Positions 53,709-64,000 are shown, numbered from the stretch's first letter. The stretch is 64,000 nucleotides of DNA from Methanotrichaceae archaeon (GCA_963803145.1 CAWDLW010000020.1:64001-128000), one strand, 5' to 3'. Made by a program: numbers and translations. The notes: generated by a model from the sequence alone, not told the origin.

Positions 53709-54125
53709 GTGAAGAAGATGCAAAAAAATGCAGTGGATGAGGACGAAATCGCTTCAATGAAGAAAGATATAAACGATGCCTTGGGAGCAAACTATAACGA
53801 AAGAAAACAAGCACTAGATAGCAGATTCATCGAACTGAGGCTGGGCACTCCAGAGAAGAAAGACTACAAGCTCATGGAAGATACTATTGCCGAATTGAAG
53901 GCAGAGATAAGGGATAGCGACGACTTGGAATACACGGACGATGATTACGAGGAAGTGACCAAGGAGTTCTATGAAGAGCTCATCGATGAGGAGGCGGGCA
54001 TAAACTTGCGTGGCAGGGCGGTCATTGACTTCGTGATCGATAGGCTGAAAGACATCCTTGAGGGTCTTGAGATTGGGGGCGAAAGCGAATTGGAATACTG
54101 CCATCATGATCGGAATCTTTGTTAA
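53709..54125 (+). CDS. Acidic hypothetical protein
   Basis: GGAGGA SD before GTG; D/E-rich helical sequence. Confidence 0.6.
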   Translation: MKKMQKNAVDEDEIASMKKDINDALGANYNERKQALDSRFIELRLGTPEKKDYKLMEDTIAELKAEIRDSDDLEYTDDDYEEVTKEFYEELIDEEAGINLRGRAVIDFVIDRLKDILEGLEIGGESELEYCHHDRNLC

Positions 54126-54897
54126 CAGATTCAAGATGGGTTTAATCAATGTCCAGGATCTGGATACTTTGAGGGCCTGGAAAGCGCTGATGTAGGGGAG
54201 CTGGCATTCGCCGCAGGGTAAGCATGCTGAAGTACTCCAGGAGATGTGCCGAGGCGTCAGCAGTTCAGGCTTACAGGAGAAAATGGATCGCGCTGGCTCT
54301 AGGGATGGAGATAAGCTATGTGGTTAAGGATGCTGACAGGCGGGAAGTGGATATGGCGAGGCAGCCTCGAGGTTCGACGTTGAATACTATGGGAAGATGA
54401 TGGAGAAGGTTTGGGGGAAGACATTTGTTTTTGAACAAGTTGGACCTTGCAATGACTGATCCATGGGAGAGCAATAGCCTGATTGGCGGGGTGAGTTGCC
54501 ACGGGCAAGGAGCTTTGAGAGTGTGAGAATGGGCATGAAAGCCTCCTTGAACCTACATACCCTCTTCAACTAGCCCCTTACTTTGGGCTTGGAATGTTCA
54601 CTTACATATCACTTAGGGCCCACTTTTGGTGCCCTTCAATCCAGCTCGATAGATTATAGGGGTGAACCCTCGAAGACCTGCATAACGCCTTTAAGGCCAT
54701 GCCCTCTAAGCAAGGTAATAACTTGGGTTGGCGGAGTATGAGATGGGAGAGTGAGGGACGATGTGTCCAGAAGCGTTTACGATAGGGTGATGATATAGGT
54801 TGCAGATAAATAGAGCTCAAGCTCTCAAAGATGTAATAGGAATAATGAATTGCATAGATGAAGGCAAATATGACCCCTACTTCTCCTACTGCGCCTA

Positions 54898-55713
54898 TTG
54901 CTCAGAATTCAGGTCGATATGTCCTTATGCAACAGTGGCAGAGGAATGAAAATGAAACACTTAAGCCAAGTAGATATTTCGCCTACAATCGCCCATATGC
55001 TGGGGATAAGCATACCTGAGCCGGATGGTGGATTGATTAAGGATGTGGAGGGCTGGAGGTGCCAGAATGTTATTCTAGTGATCATAGATAGTTTAGGCTA
55101 CGACCTCTACAGATGGCTGGAACCTGAGTTGAAGAACATGCCTGCTCTCTCCAAACATGGCCTAGTTCTGAGCGCCAGGGCAGTTTCAAATCACACTTCG
55201 CCAGCCATTGCTTCAATCCTCAGCGGACTGCTGCCAGAACATCACCGAATCATCGATACCGAGAGTGCCAAGATGTCTCCCTTCTTGAGCATTCCTGAGA
55301 TTGCCAGTACGCTCGGTTTGAGGTCTGCTGTCGTTATGGAGAAAGGCGGGGCCGAAATCTACGAAGGATTGATCGAGTTTATTGGGGCAGTTCCTCGCAC
55401 CCTTAGCCCACCTGACTTTGATAGGGAGATCTGTCGCCTCTCATTGGATGCTTTGTCCTCCAATCCTCGTCTTCTGGTGTCATACTTCATAGGAATTGAC
55501 AAAGCAGCTCATAATGGCCTTTCATCTGATGGTTTCAAGGAGGCTGCATTGGGCATTGATTATTACATAGGGGAGATTTCATGTGCTGCCCAGCCAAGAA
55601 CAATGATGGTTGTTGTCGGAGATCATCCTATTCACGCGGGACAGTTCAAAAGGACTCACGATCCATATTGCGTGGCTCTTATAATTGGAAGGAAAGGCTC
55701 TGGCACCGCATGA
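54898..55713 (+). CDS. Alkaline phosphatase superfamily protein
   Basis: VIIDSLG, TSPAIASILSGLLPEHH, IDKAAH, GDH metal-binding motifs; start probably ~54946. Confidence 0.82.
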   Translation: MLRIQVDMSLCNSGRGMKMKHLSQVDISPTIAHMLGISIPEPDGGLIKDVEGWRCQNVILVIIDSLGYDLYRWLEPELKNMPALSKHGLVLSARAVSNHTSPAIASILSGLLPEHHRIIDTESAKMSPFLSIPEIASTLGLRSAVVMEKGGAEIYEGLIEFIGAVPRTLSPPDFDREICRLSLDALSSNPRLLVSYFIGIDKAAHNGLSSDGFKEAALGIDYYIGEISCAAQPRTMMVVVGDHPIHAGQFKRTHDPYCVALIIGRKGSGTA

Positions 55714-56213
55714 TTTAATGGAATCGGCGCCCTACGAATCTTAATCCTCTCTGAGCCCAGAACCATCTCAATCGACTATGTCATCCAACGTCTGGTAGCT
55801 CCAAAGTGGATATTTGCCAAGGACCTCAATCGCAACCTCAACCTGCAGAGGCTCAGGGTAATCTACGCCCCGGGTGCAGATCCCTACCTAGCTGCTTTTA
55901 CTAGGGATTGTTCTCTTGAGTCTTCAAAGAAGTCTTGCTCGCTCATGCAAACCAACTCTGCTTATTCTCGATCACCAAACATTTCAATATTTTATCATCT
56001 TTCTGCGATCCCCTACCTAATCATGATTTATTAAAGTTGCCCTCATACTTTAAGAGGTTGGTTAAGAAATCCGATAGAGTATTCTACTTTAATGAAGGAC
56101 TGAAGGCTAAGATAAGAATAGTAGCAAATGCAATTTCGAGTTTACCTAAGAACTAGACATCGTTGGAGGCGTTTTCGTAATCTTTTAGCATAGCGCTTGG
56201 CCTGTGAGTAGCC

Positions 56214-56445
56214 ATGGGTGGAAGCTTTGAGAGCATAAGGATGGCCGTGAAGGAGATCTCAGCCAGGTGGCTGAAGGCTTCAAAGGCGCTGAAGAAAGAG
56301 GACCAGATTTACGGGCAGATGATTGCTGAGATGGCCAAGAAGCATTCAAGCGAGAGCATTCTATGCTTTAGATGATCCATTAGAGGTAGCTATATTTTCG
56401 GATCTGGTGGACATGATGAAAGAACTAGAAAAACGGCATAACTGA
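56214..56445 (+). pseudogene. Small helical protein resembling the PolB2-operon partner (arCOG07300-like), frameshifted copy
   Basis: MGGSFESIRMAVKEISARWLKASKALKKEDQIYG..AKKHSSE / AFYALDDPLEVAIFS; extra base near 56355. Confidence 0.7.
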
Positions 56446-56911
56446 AGGATTTTCATAAGGCAGCAAAAATTAATTCCTAAGACGCCCTTTAAGGCAAAGC
56501 TCTCTGGGCAAGGTAATAACATAAAGGAATGGTGGAATGCAACTCAGTAGAAGGGAGAACGATGGGAGTAGAAGCGAGGACGATAGAGTTACAGGATAGG
56601 TAGGGAAACGATGGGTCATGTCTAGATATAGTTCCTTCGCTCCAGGGAAGACTAGATACTACACTTAATAATTGAGCGAAAGGTGAGTAGAGCCTTCGAA
56701 CCTATTGGGGCGGGGTATCGGAGGCTCCCTATATGCTAAAAGGATTTTAAACTATTTAAATTTAATTAATTGTTCAGCGACCTAATTAATCGCTAGGAAT
56801 AGTCATGATAGTAATATCCATAATAGGAAATTTTTGATAGTAATCTTATGATTAGTATCGGAGTCCTTTTATGGTGATACAGCACGATAAAAAGGAGGAG
56901 CAAAGTATCAG

Positions 56912-58477
56912 ATGAAAAATAGCACAGGCGAGAACAGTACTCATGAAATAACGGCAAAAGAGGCATACAGAAGACTTCTGAATATTTCTACAGAGATGTC
57001 CTACATAGACACAATGATAAGCCTCTCAAAATGGGATCAGAGCATTTCAATGCCCCAGAATGCTACTGATTATCGAGCAATGGCTCAGGGCTATATGGTG
57101 GATTTGAAAAACAAGAAGTATACAGATCCCGAATTCGGAAGGCTGCTTGCAATTGCCAATAATGATAGCAATTGGTCTTTGATAGAAACCGCCAATCTGC
57201 GGTTATGGAATCGTGACTACAATAAAAGGATCAAACTCCCCTCTGATTTCGCCGCTCGTGACTCAGAGATGGCATCTTTAGCTCAGGCTGCCTGGGAAGA
57301 AGCTCGTAAGAAGAATAATTACTCTATTTTCGAACCTCGCCTGAGGGCTCTTATTCAGCTGAACAAAGAGAAGGCCAAATATTGGGGCTATAATGAACAT
57401 CCCTACGATGCTCTCATAGACACTTTTATACCTGGCATGACTGTGGCCAAGTTGGATAAAATTTTTGATTACGTCACGCCTCATATCATCAATCTGATAG
57501 CGAGGATAAAAGAATCCAACGAGACCTCTTCAAAAAGCATCTATAGCGACTCATTATATCCTGAAGAAAAGCAGGCTGAACTCATAAAGAATATAACATC
57601 TGCTCTGGGCTTTAACTATGGTTCTGGGCTTATGATTAAGACCAAGAGGCACCCAGAGACTATGGATATCGGGATACATGATATCAGAACCAGCTTACGT
57701 TATGATGAACATAACCCTGAGATCGCCATCATGACTGCAATTCATGAAGGTGGTCATGGCATTGCCGCTCAAGGGATTCCAGATGAGTACTATAGAATGC
57801 CAATAGGAATATACCCACGCCTGGGAGAATATCCAGGCATGGCTGTGGCCGAGGCTGAGTCGAGACTGTTCGAGAACAATCTGGGCCGCAGCAGGGCTTT
57901 TTGGCAGTACTGGTTGCCTCAGATGAAAAGAGTATTCAAACCAGTGATGGATAACATCACCCTGGATGATATGTATAGGCGCATTAATAGGCTTAATATT
58001 ACTCCTATTCGCATTAATGCAGATGAGATATCTTACATCCTCCATGTTCTCATTCGTTATGAGATTGAGCGTGATCTCTTTGAGGGAAATATTGACGTAG
58101 ATGAATTGCCGATGGTCTGGAAACAAAAGTACAAGGAATTTTTAGGACTGGATATTACCGATGACAATGATGGCATACTCCAGGACGTTCATTGGGCTGC
58201 AGGGAACTTTGGCTACTTCCCAGCTTATATCCTAGGTTCTATGAATGCAGCTCAGCTTGAGGCAGCTATGAGACGAGACCATCCGGATCTAGACCAGAGA
58301 TTCGCATCAGGCGATTTCTCCATTCCTGTTTTATGGATGCAGGAGCACATATACAAGCATGGTGCTATCTACAATACAACTGAGCTGATGAAGAATGCAA
58401 CAGGAAAAGAGACCGAGCCTTATGATTTCCTGAACTACCTGAATAGTAAATACAAGAAAATATACAATCTCAAATGA
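56912..58477 (+). CDS. Carboxypeptidase, M32 family
   Basis: HP, DIRT, HEGGH, EAESRLFEN, IRINADE, GILQDVHW, GYFPAY. Confidence 0.94.
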   Translation: MKNSTGENSTHEITAKEAYRRLLNISTEMSYIDTMISLSKWDQSISMPQNATDYRAMAQGYMVDLKNKKYTDPEFGRLLAIANNDSNWSLIETANLRLWNRDYNKRIKLPSDFAARDSEMASLAQAAWEEARKKNNYSIFEPRLRALIQLNKEKAKYWGYNEHPYDALIDTFIPGMTVAKLDKIFDYVTPHIINLIARIKESNETSSKSIYSDSLYPEEKQAELIKNITSALGFNYGSGLMIKTKRHPETMDIGIHDIRTSLRYDEHNPEIAIMTAIHEGGHGIAAQGIPDEYYRMPIGIYPRLGEYPGMAVAEAESRLFENNLGRSRAFWQYWLPQMKRVFKPVMDNITLDDMYRRINRLNITPIRINADEISYILHVLIRYEIERDLFEGNIDVDELPMVWKQKYKEFLGLDITDDNDGILQDVHWAAGNFGYFPAYILGSMNAAQLEAAMRRDHPDLDQRFASGDFSIPVLWMQEHIYKHGAIYNTTELMKNATGKETEPYDFLNYLNSKYKKIYNLK

Positions 58478-58516
58478 TACACAACACTTGAGAAGCTGCA
58501 GTAAATCCAAAAGGCT

Positions 58517-59785
58517 CTATAGGCTTTGCAGGTTCAATCTATTTCTGAATAGATAGTATGTGCCTCCTAGGATCAATCCGATTATACCAGCTACCCATGC
58601 TTCTTTGGATATGAAGAATAAGATTATCAGCAATCCAAGACACGATGTAAAACCCACAATGGGCACAGCTTTCCCATGGATCTCTTTCATGGACCGCAAC
58701 TTTAGATAAGAGAAGTTGGCAAGTGAATAATAGACTAGCTGGCAAAAAGTACTAATCGCTACTACGCCGGTTAGGTTTACGGAAAAAGCCAGTAAGGTCA
58801 TGATGATGCCTGCGATCCCGATAGCATAATATGGTGTATTATATTTCGGATGTAGCCAGCCAAATGCACCAGGCAGCGCGCTCCGCAGAGCCATAGCATA
58901 AGCCTCGCGTGATACACCCAGTATGGATGTCAGCAGGACACTGGCAGTTGACATTATACCTCCGATGGTGATTATGTAGACTGCAACTGGACTTCCTGTT
59001 GCCCTCATGGCGCTTGATAGGGGCGAACTTGAACTTGAAAGCCCACCTGCTCCGACCAGCCCTATAGCAACAAATCCTATAGCTAGATAAACGACTGTGG
59101 ATATCAGTAATGATAGTAAAATTGCTCTTGGAACTGTATGTTCTGCATCCTTCACTTCTTCAGCAATAACCGCTACTCTTGCAAAGCCTCCATAGGCGAA
59201 GAAGATGTAGCAGGCTCCATAGATTATACCTTCGTAAGAAGGCACAAAAGGCCTGAAATTCCTCAAATTTATGTAGCCTAAACCGAACATGACAAATAAC
59301 AACAATATGATGAGCTTCGTGCCCACCAGGAAGTTGTTCAATAATGCGCTCTTCTTAATTCCAATGTAATTGAGCATAGTGAAGGCTAAACAGAGAAATG
59401 CTGCGATCAGCTTCGGATTGAAAATAGGAAAAAGCATTGTGAAATAGTAAGCGAAGCCTAATGCGACTGCAGCGCCGCCAAAAGTATTGCCCAGAATCCA
59501 CATCCAACCTGCTATGAAGCCTGCGAAAGGAGAGATGAGCCTATATGAGAACTCATAAACGCTTCCTTCTCTCGGGAGCCAGGCAGTTAGCCCTGCGAAA
59601 CTCAATGCGGTAAAAAGAGAGACTGCTGCAGCAATCATAATGGATATGAGAAGCGCAGGCCCAGCCATGCCTGCGATTATGCCGATCACGACAAATATTC
59701 CAGCTCCGATGATGGCACCCACATTTATAGCTGTGGCATCGAGAAGTCCCAGCGTCGGCTTCAATTTTAAGCGTTTATCATCCAT
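58517..59785 (-). CDS. APC family amino acid permease
   Basis: GAIIGAGIF, FFAYGGF, AEEVKD; about 12 TM segments. Confidence 0.93.
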   Translation of the reverse strand: MDDKRLKLKPTLGLLDATAINVGAIIGAGIFVVIGIIAGMAGPALLISIMIAAAVSLFTALSFAGLTAWLPREGSVYEFSYRLISPFAGFIAGWMWILGNTFGGAAVALGFAYYFTMLFPIFNPKLIAAFLCLAFTMLNYIGIKKSALLNNFLVGTKLIILLLFVMFGLGYINLRNFRPFVPSYEGIIYGACYIFFAYGGFARVAVIAEEVKDAEHTVPRAILLSLLISTVVYLAIGFVAIGLVGAGGLSSSSSPLSSAMRATGSPVAVYIITIGGIMSTASVLLTSILGVSREAYAMALRSALPGAFGWLHPKYNTPYYAIGIAGIIMTLLAFSVNLTGVVAISTFCQLVYYSLANFSYLKLRSMKEIHGKAVPIVGFTSCLGLLIILFFISKEAWVAGIIGLILGGTYYLFRNRLNLQSL

Positions 59786-60045
59786 AGTTTGGCCTGGGAA
59801 GAATTTTGTTTGATAGAACTAGTGCTCGAATCCTCTAAATCATTTTGGAGTGTAATTATGGGTCAGTCGGATTAAGGAAAAATTTTTCATTATTAGATGG
59901 ACCTGCCGGCTAATTGATTGGGGGTCTTGTCTCTTGCTCTAAGATTGCAATCTCTCTTTTGCTATGATCCGATTTCAATCGATGCTTCTACAACCTATAA
60001 TATTTTTTAGTAATGTTTACTAACTTTAAATGAAATTATATTCAT

Positions 60046-60303
60046 ATGGCTAAAGAAGAGTATAAGCAGCTATCCTGCATGGATATAGGCATGCCATGCG
60101 GATTCCAAGTGCGGGCAAAGACTGAAAAAGAGATCATGGAGCTTACAAAAAAGCACGCGACTGAAGTACATGGCATGAAAGAAATTTGGCCGGAAACAGA
60201 AAGGAAAATCAACGAGAACATCAAGCCAGTATCCGTAGACGTACCTGAGAGCGCCACGAAGGAGAACGTCCGCAAAGCTCGACAGGACTTTGGCTTTAAA
60301 TAA
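60046..60303 (+). CDS. DUF1059 family small metal-binding protein
   Basis: LSCMDIGMPCGFQVRA..HATEVHG. Confidence 0.85.
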   Translation: MAKEEYKQLSCMDIGMPCGFQVRAKTEKEIMELTKKHATEVHGMKEIWPETERKINENIKPVSVDVPESATKENVRKARQDFGFK

Positions 60304-60557
60304 TTTGACACTTAAACCCTTTTTCAAGACATTAAATTTAATAACATAGTTTAAGGAAGCACAAGAAATGGTTAAGGAGGCTAATTATGCTCCATCACTG
60401 ATGTTCTAATTATTTTTGAATAACACGTACTAAATACAATGCCAGCACCGTATTATGATAGCTTTTATATCGATTCAGAGATTATAGCCTCAATATTACC
60501 ACCAATCCCAGTTTGGCTCTAGGAATTTAGGTTAGCCCTTCAGATGCTAAATGTAAA

Positions 60558-61061
60558 ATGGTTATAATATCTTTGAGAGGATTTCTTAGCATAGAAATCT
60601 ATTTATCGAAACATCCTATTATAATTCTAAGTGATATTATGAAAGTAAAAGATGAAATGACAAAAGATATAGTTGCAGTGGACTTTAATGCAACGGCTAA
60701 AGATGCTGCTAAAAAAATGGATTCAGAAAACGTAGGCTCTGTGCTTATCCTGGATAACGGCTTACTGAAAGGTCTTGTTACTGATAGGCAAATAGTCACA
60801 AAAGTTATAGCTGCTGATAAGAATCCGTCAAGTATTAAGGTAAACGAGTTCATGACCAAGAATCCTGTGACAATTAGCCCAGAAGCGGAGATACATGATG
60901 CCTGCCGGATTGTGGGAGAGCACGGTTATAGAAGGATTCCTGTTGTAGAGGGTGGAAAGCCTATAGGAATAATATCTGCCGCCGATCTCGTCGAGCATGC
61001 AAAAGCCTGCGATTTATGTACGCAGAATATCTTCAAAGAGCTTCAAAAAGCCGAAAGATAG
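60558..61061 (+). CDS. CBS domain protein (start probably 60639 MKVKDEM)
   Basis: Two CBS repeats: VGSVLI..GLVTDR; RRIPVV..GIISAAD. Confidence 0.92.
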   Translation: MVIISLRGFLSIEIYLSKHPIIILSDIMKVKDEMTKDIVAVDFNATAKDAAKKMDSENVGSVLILDNGLLKGLVTDRQIVTKVIAADKNPSSIKVNEFMTKNPVTISPEAEIHDACRIVGEHGYRRIPVVEGGKPIGIISAADLVEHAKACDLCTQNIFKELQKAER

Positions 61062-61154
61062 TTTGGCATGAGATAACGGTTCTTTTAAATAGTAACAGCC
61101 ATATATATCAATAAACTTTCAAAGTATCGCATATCATAACGATACTAAAAGGAG

Positions 61155-61472
61155 ATGTTCTTAATGGCAGATGAAACTTTCATAATATGTCCTGATCTGG
61201 ATACCTATGCCGATCCTGAGCATAGCAAGTTGACCGTTGAAGCTGAGATTCCTGGGGTAGAGAAGAAAGATATAACCATCCACATGCACGAAGACAGCCT
61301 CACCCTATACGCCCCCAGAGAGACCGGAAATGTCGCCTACGCAGCTTCTGTCTCCATTTGCTGTCCTGTGAAATCCAAGGAGGCGAAGGCGAAATATGAG
61401 AACGGTCTCTTGAGAATCGAGGTTCCCTTCAAATCCGAGCCTGAGAATCCGATAAAAGTGCCTGTGGAATGA
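61155..61472 (+). CDS. Small heat shock protein, Hsp20/alpha-crystallin family
   Basis: EIPGVEKKDI..AKAKYENGLLRIEVP. Confidence 0.9.
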   Translation: MFLMADETFIICPDLDTYADPEHSKLTVEAEIPGVEKKDITIHMHEDSLTLYAPRETGNVAYAASVSICCPVKSKEAKAKYENGLLRIEVPFKSEPENPIKVPVE

Positions 61473-61587
61473 GTCATACGGTCTGATGTTGAGGACAAAA
61501 TAACAATTAGTCCTAGGCTGACCTGGCATAATTAGGTTTTATCACGCACATTGTCGCAGCTGAAGTTAAACAGAGGAGGATAGTAAA

Positions 61588-62955
61588 ATGGCTGAAAAGA
61601 GCAACAAGCCGCTTATGACGGGATACATGATGTCAACCCAGATGCTTGAGGTCGACGGCTGCAATAGATGCCAAGAATGCATGAAAGTATGCACGACATT
61701 CAATGTGAGGCCCGACAGGCCTGGTGTGACACCAATGTATAAAATTGCGAAGTGGAGGGAGCTGACGGCCAGGACCCACAGTCTTAGGGCTAAGATATTT
61801 GGCCCAAAACCATTCGATGAGGATGAAATGACCGTCTATACAGAGGATTCTTACATGTGCACGACTTGCGGCGTGTGTGCGACCGTCTGTGAGGCAGGGA
61901 TCAAAACAGTGGACCTCTGGGAGGCCATGAGGCCCAACCTGGTAGACCGCGGCAATGGCCCTTATGGCAAGCAATCCTTCTTCCCCAAGTTGGTCCATGC
62001 AGACAAGAACCCATACCAGGCCAAGCAAGAGGATCGCCTCTGCTGGTTGCCCAAAGATGCCAAGGTGCTCGAATCTGGTAAGATAGCATATTTTGCAGGC
62101 TGTACTGCCGCTTACAGGCAGCAAGCCCTTGCAGTGTCTACCGTCAGGGTGCTCAACGCCCTGGGAGTGGATTTCTGTATGCTGGGCCAGGATGAGTGGT
62201 GCTGTGCCTCGGCGATGGTAAGAACAGGTCAGAGGCCGGTCATGAAAGAATGCGCTGTGCATAACATCGATGCTCTAAAAGATAGAGGAGTTGAAACAGT
62301 CCTCTTCGCCTGTGCAGGGTGTCTCAGGAATTCCGTCTTAGATTGGCCGCGTTGGTACGAAGGTTACATACCCTATGAGTCGATGCCGCTTTCAGTCTAC
62401 CTCAGAGAAAAAATAAGGAAGGACGAGGTGGTGTATAAGCAGCCAATAAACTTTAAAGTGACCTATCATGACCCTTGCCATAACGGAAGGCATCTAATGC
62501 ATATAAAGGGCAAAGACTGGTGTTTTGAGGCCCCACGTGATGTTTTGCAATCCATACCCGGACTCAGGTTCCAAGACATGGCCCGCAATAGGGCTTTGCA
62601 GAGGTGCTGCGGGGCTGGGGGAGGATTAAAAGCTGGCATGCCAGATGTGGCTCTGGACTGCGCTAAGGCCAGAGTCCAGGATGCAGATGCAATTGGATCA
62701 GAAGTCATAGCCAGTACCTGTCCCTTCTGCAGAAGGAACATTATGGATGGAAGAAATGATGCACAATCAAAAGTGAAGATACTGGATGTTGTAGAGATAA
62801 TGGCACTCTCCATGGGACTTGATACAACTGTACCCTCTAATCCCTATTCTAAATACCAGGAGCAAGATGTCCTGATCTGTACTCCCGCTGAGTGTAAGGT
62901 GGAAACAATCGAGCGCAAAGAGCCTGGCAAGGACCTGGTGGGCGAAGCTCATTGA
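61588..62955 (+). CDS. HdrD-like Fe-S/CCG-domain oxidoreductase
   Basis: CNRCQECMKVC, CTTCGVCATVC, WCCAS, YHDPCH, RCCGAGGG, CPFC; GAGGAGG SD. Confidence 0.9.
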   Translation: MAEKSNKPLMTGYMMSTQMLEVDGCNRCQECMKVCTTFNVRPDRPGVTPMYKIAKWRELTARTHSLRAKIFGPKPFDEDEMTVYTEDSYMCTTCGVCATVCEAGIKTVDLWEAMRPNLVDRGNGPYGKQSFFPKLVHADKNPYQAKQEDRLCWLPKDAKVLESGKIAYFAGCTAAYRQQALAVSTVRVLNALGVDFCMLGQDEWCCASAMVRTGQRPVMKECAVHNIDALKDRGVETVLFACAGCLRNSVLDWPRWYEGYIPYESMPLSVYLREKIRKDEVVYKQPINFKVTYHDPCHNGRHLMHIKGKDWCFEAPRDVLQSIPGLRFQDMARNRALQRCCGAGGGLKAGMPDVALDCAKARVQDADAIGSEVIASTCPFCRRNIMDGRNDAQSKVKILDVVEIMALSMGLDTTVPSNPYSKYQEQDVLICTPAECKVETIERKEPGKDLVGEAH

Positions 62956-63309
62956 AGAAGGTACCAAGATCGACCGGATGGGCCAGGAAATGCTCCTCTT
63001 GCACCTGGTTCGGCCTTCAATGAGATTGACGGAATTGCCGGTGGGGTATACGCTGGAAATAATCCGAATGCACCAGGATTTGTTAATGGGAATGCCAACG
63101 GTAATGCAGTTTCCCAGTATGATGTAGGCTGCTTTGAGGTTTCACAACAATCTAATGGCCACACTACGCCACAGCCACCAGTATCTGGTCCGTAATCCGA
63201 AAATTTAGGATTTATCTTTTTTAGTTCTTATATTTAGCCTTGCAGGCTATAGCAATTCATGAGCCTCCTTGATCGGCGCTAGAAGTTCCTTTCCCTTATC
63301 TGTGGTCTT

Positions 63310-63532
63310 ACGGCAGGAGCTTCGAAAGCGTGAGGATGGGCGTGAAGGATGTTTCGGCCAGGTGGATGAAGGCTTCAAGGGCACTCAAGAAGGAGGACCA
63401 GACCTATGGGCAGATGATTGCAGAGATGGCAAAAAGCACTCAAGCGAGGCATTCTATGCTATGGATGATCCTTTAGAGGCGGCTATATTCTCTGTGCTGG
63501 TAGAGATTATAAAGAGGAGGGAAACGCCATAG
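63310..63532 (+). pseudogene. Second degraded arCOG07300-like copy
   Basis: GRSFESVRMGVKDVSARWMKASRALKKEDQTYG / KKHSSEAFYAMDDPLEAAIFSVLVEIIK; start codon damaged, frameshift near 63432. Confidence 0.7.
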
Positions 63533-63676
63533 GAAAATAGAAAATCCAAAGATGATGGTAAATGCTAAACCTTGTAAGCTTTTTTCCCTAATCTATTACT
63601 AACCGAATAACCATGCTGGAGGGAAACTTATAGATAATAATCATAGTTATGTGTTTTAGTCAGTTCTGGTGTAGAA

Positions 63677-64000
63677 ATGGCAATTGATAACCTCTCCCAA
63701 AGGATATCCAAGCTTTCACAGCGTTTAGAAAAACTCCAGGCAGAATTTATGAGCAATCCAGCAAATGCTCCCGAAATCTCACCCAATGCCTTGGAGAGTC
63801 TGAAGGCAAGCCTTGATGAGCTTTCGGCAGCTACGGAGATGCTTAAACAGCGAAATGAGGTAATCATTGAGCCTAGGGCGGAGGAGAATGCTAGCGCAGA
63901 CGTTCTGGCGCTTATTAAAAAACTGGAGGTCCACCAGATCGAGCTGGAGTTGCAAAATGATGAGCTTAGACGATCTAGGCTAGAGGTGGAGGATGCACTG
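63677..64000 (+). CDS. N-terminal coiled coil of a PAS-domain sensor protein/histidine kinase, 3'-partial
   Basis: Open from ATG 63677 to window end; LEVHQIELELQNDELRRS motif typical of PAS sensor N-termini. Confidence 0.75.
   Translation, partial: MAIDNLSQRISKLSQRLEKLQAEFMSNPANAPEISPNALESLKASLDELSAATEMLKQRNEVIIEPRAEENASADVLALIKKLEVHQIELELQNDELRRSRLEVEDAL

Overview
Archaeal genomic DNA from a Methanothrix (Methanosaeta)-type methanogen: the 16S gene contains an exact match to the Methanosaeta MX825 probe sequence TCGCACCGTGGCCGACACCTAGC at 16880-16902. The window holds a complete minus-strand rRNA operon (16S, tRNA-Ala, 23S, 5S) with bulge-helix-bulge processing stems and a tRNA-like element in the 5S leader. 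Accessory content: TA modules, a DacB/PBP4 pseudogene, MoxR-DUF58-LarA, GlcD/GlcF-like oxidoreductases, a CcdA/thioredoxin cluster, a haloarchaeal/bacterial-type HMG-CoA synthase, two full-length IS elements (IS481-like with a 15-bp target duplication; IS630 with a T6A6 slippery site), stress genes and a zone of gene fragments (50.6-56.6 kb). The most interesting signals are: (1) a secreted 587-aa Asn/Gln-ladder protein built of 32-aa repeats, a candidate archaeal curli/Fap-like amyloid; (2) a cluster of beta-rich secreted proteins with two winged-helix regulators and upstream direct-repeat arrays, a candidate sheath/filament system; (3) a secreted glutaminyl cyclase plus three secreted proteins predicted to start with Gln, a possible archaeal 'Q-rule'; (4) a ~100-bp structured repeat with terminal inverted repeats in three copies; (5) a Val4 leader peptide upstream of an MFS transporter. 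Family assignments come from motif recognition by eye, not from database searches.
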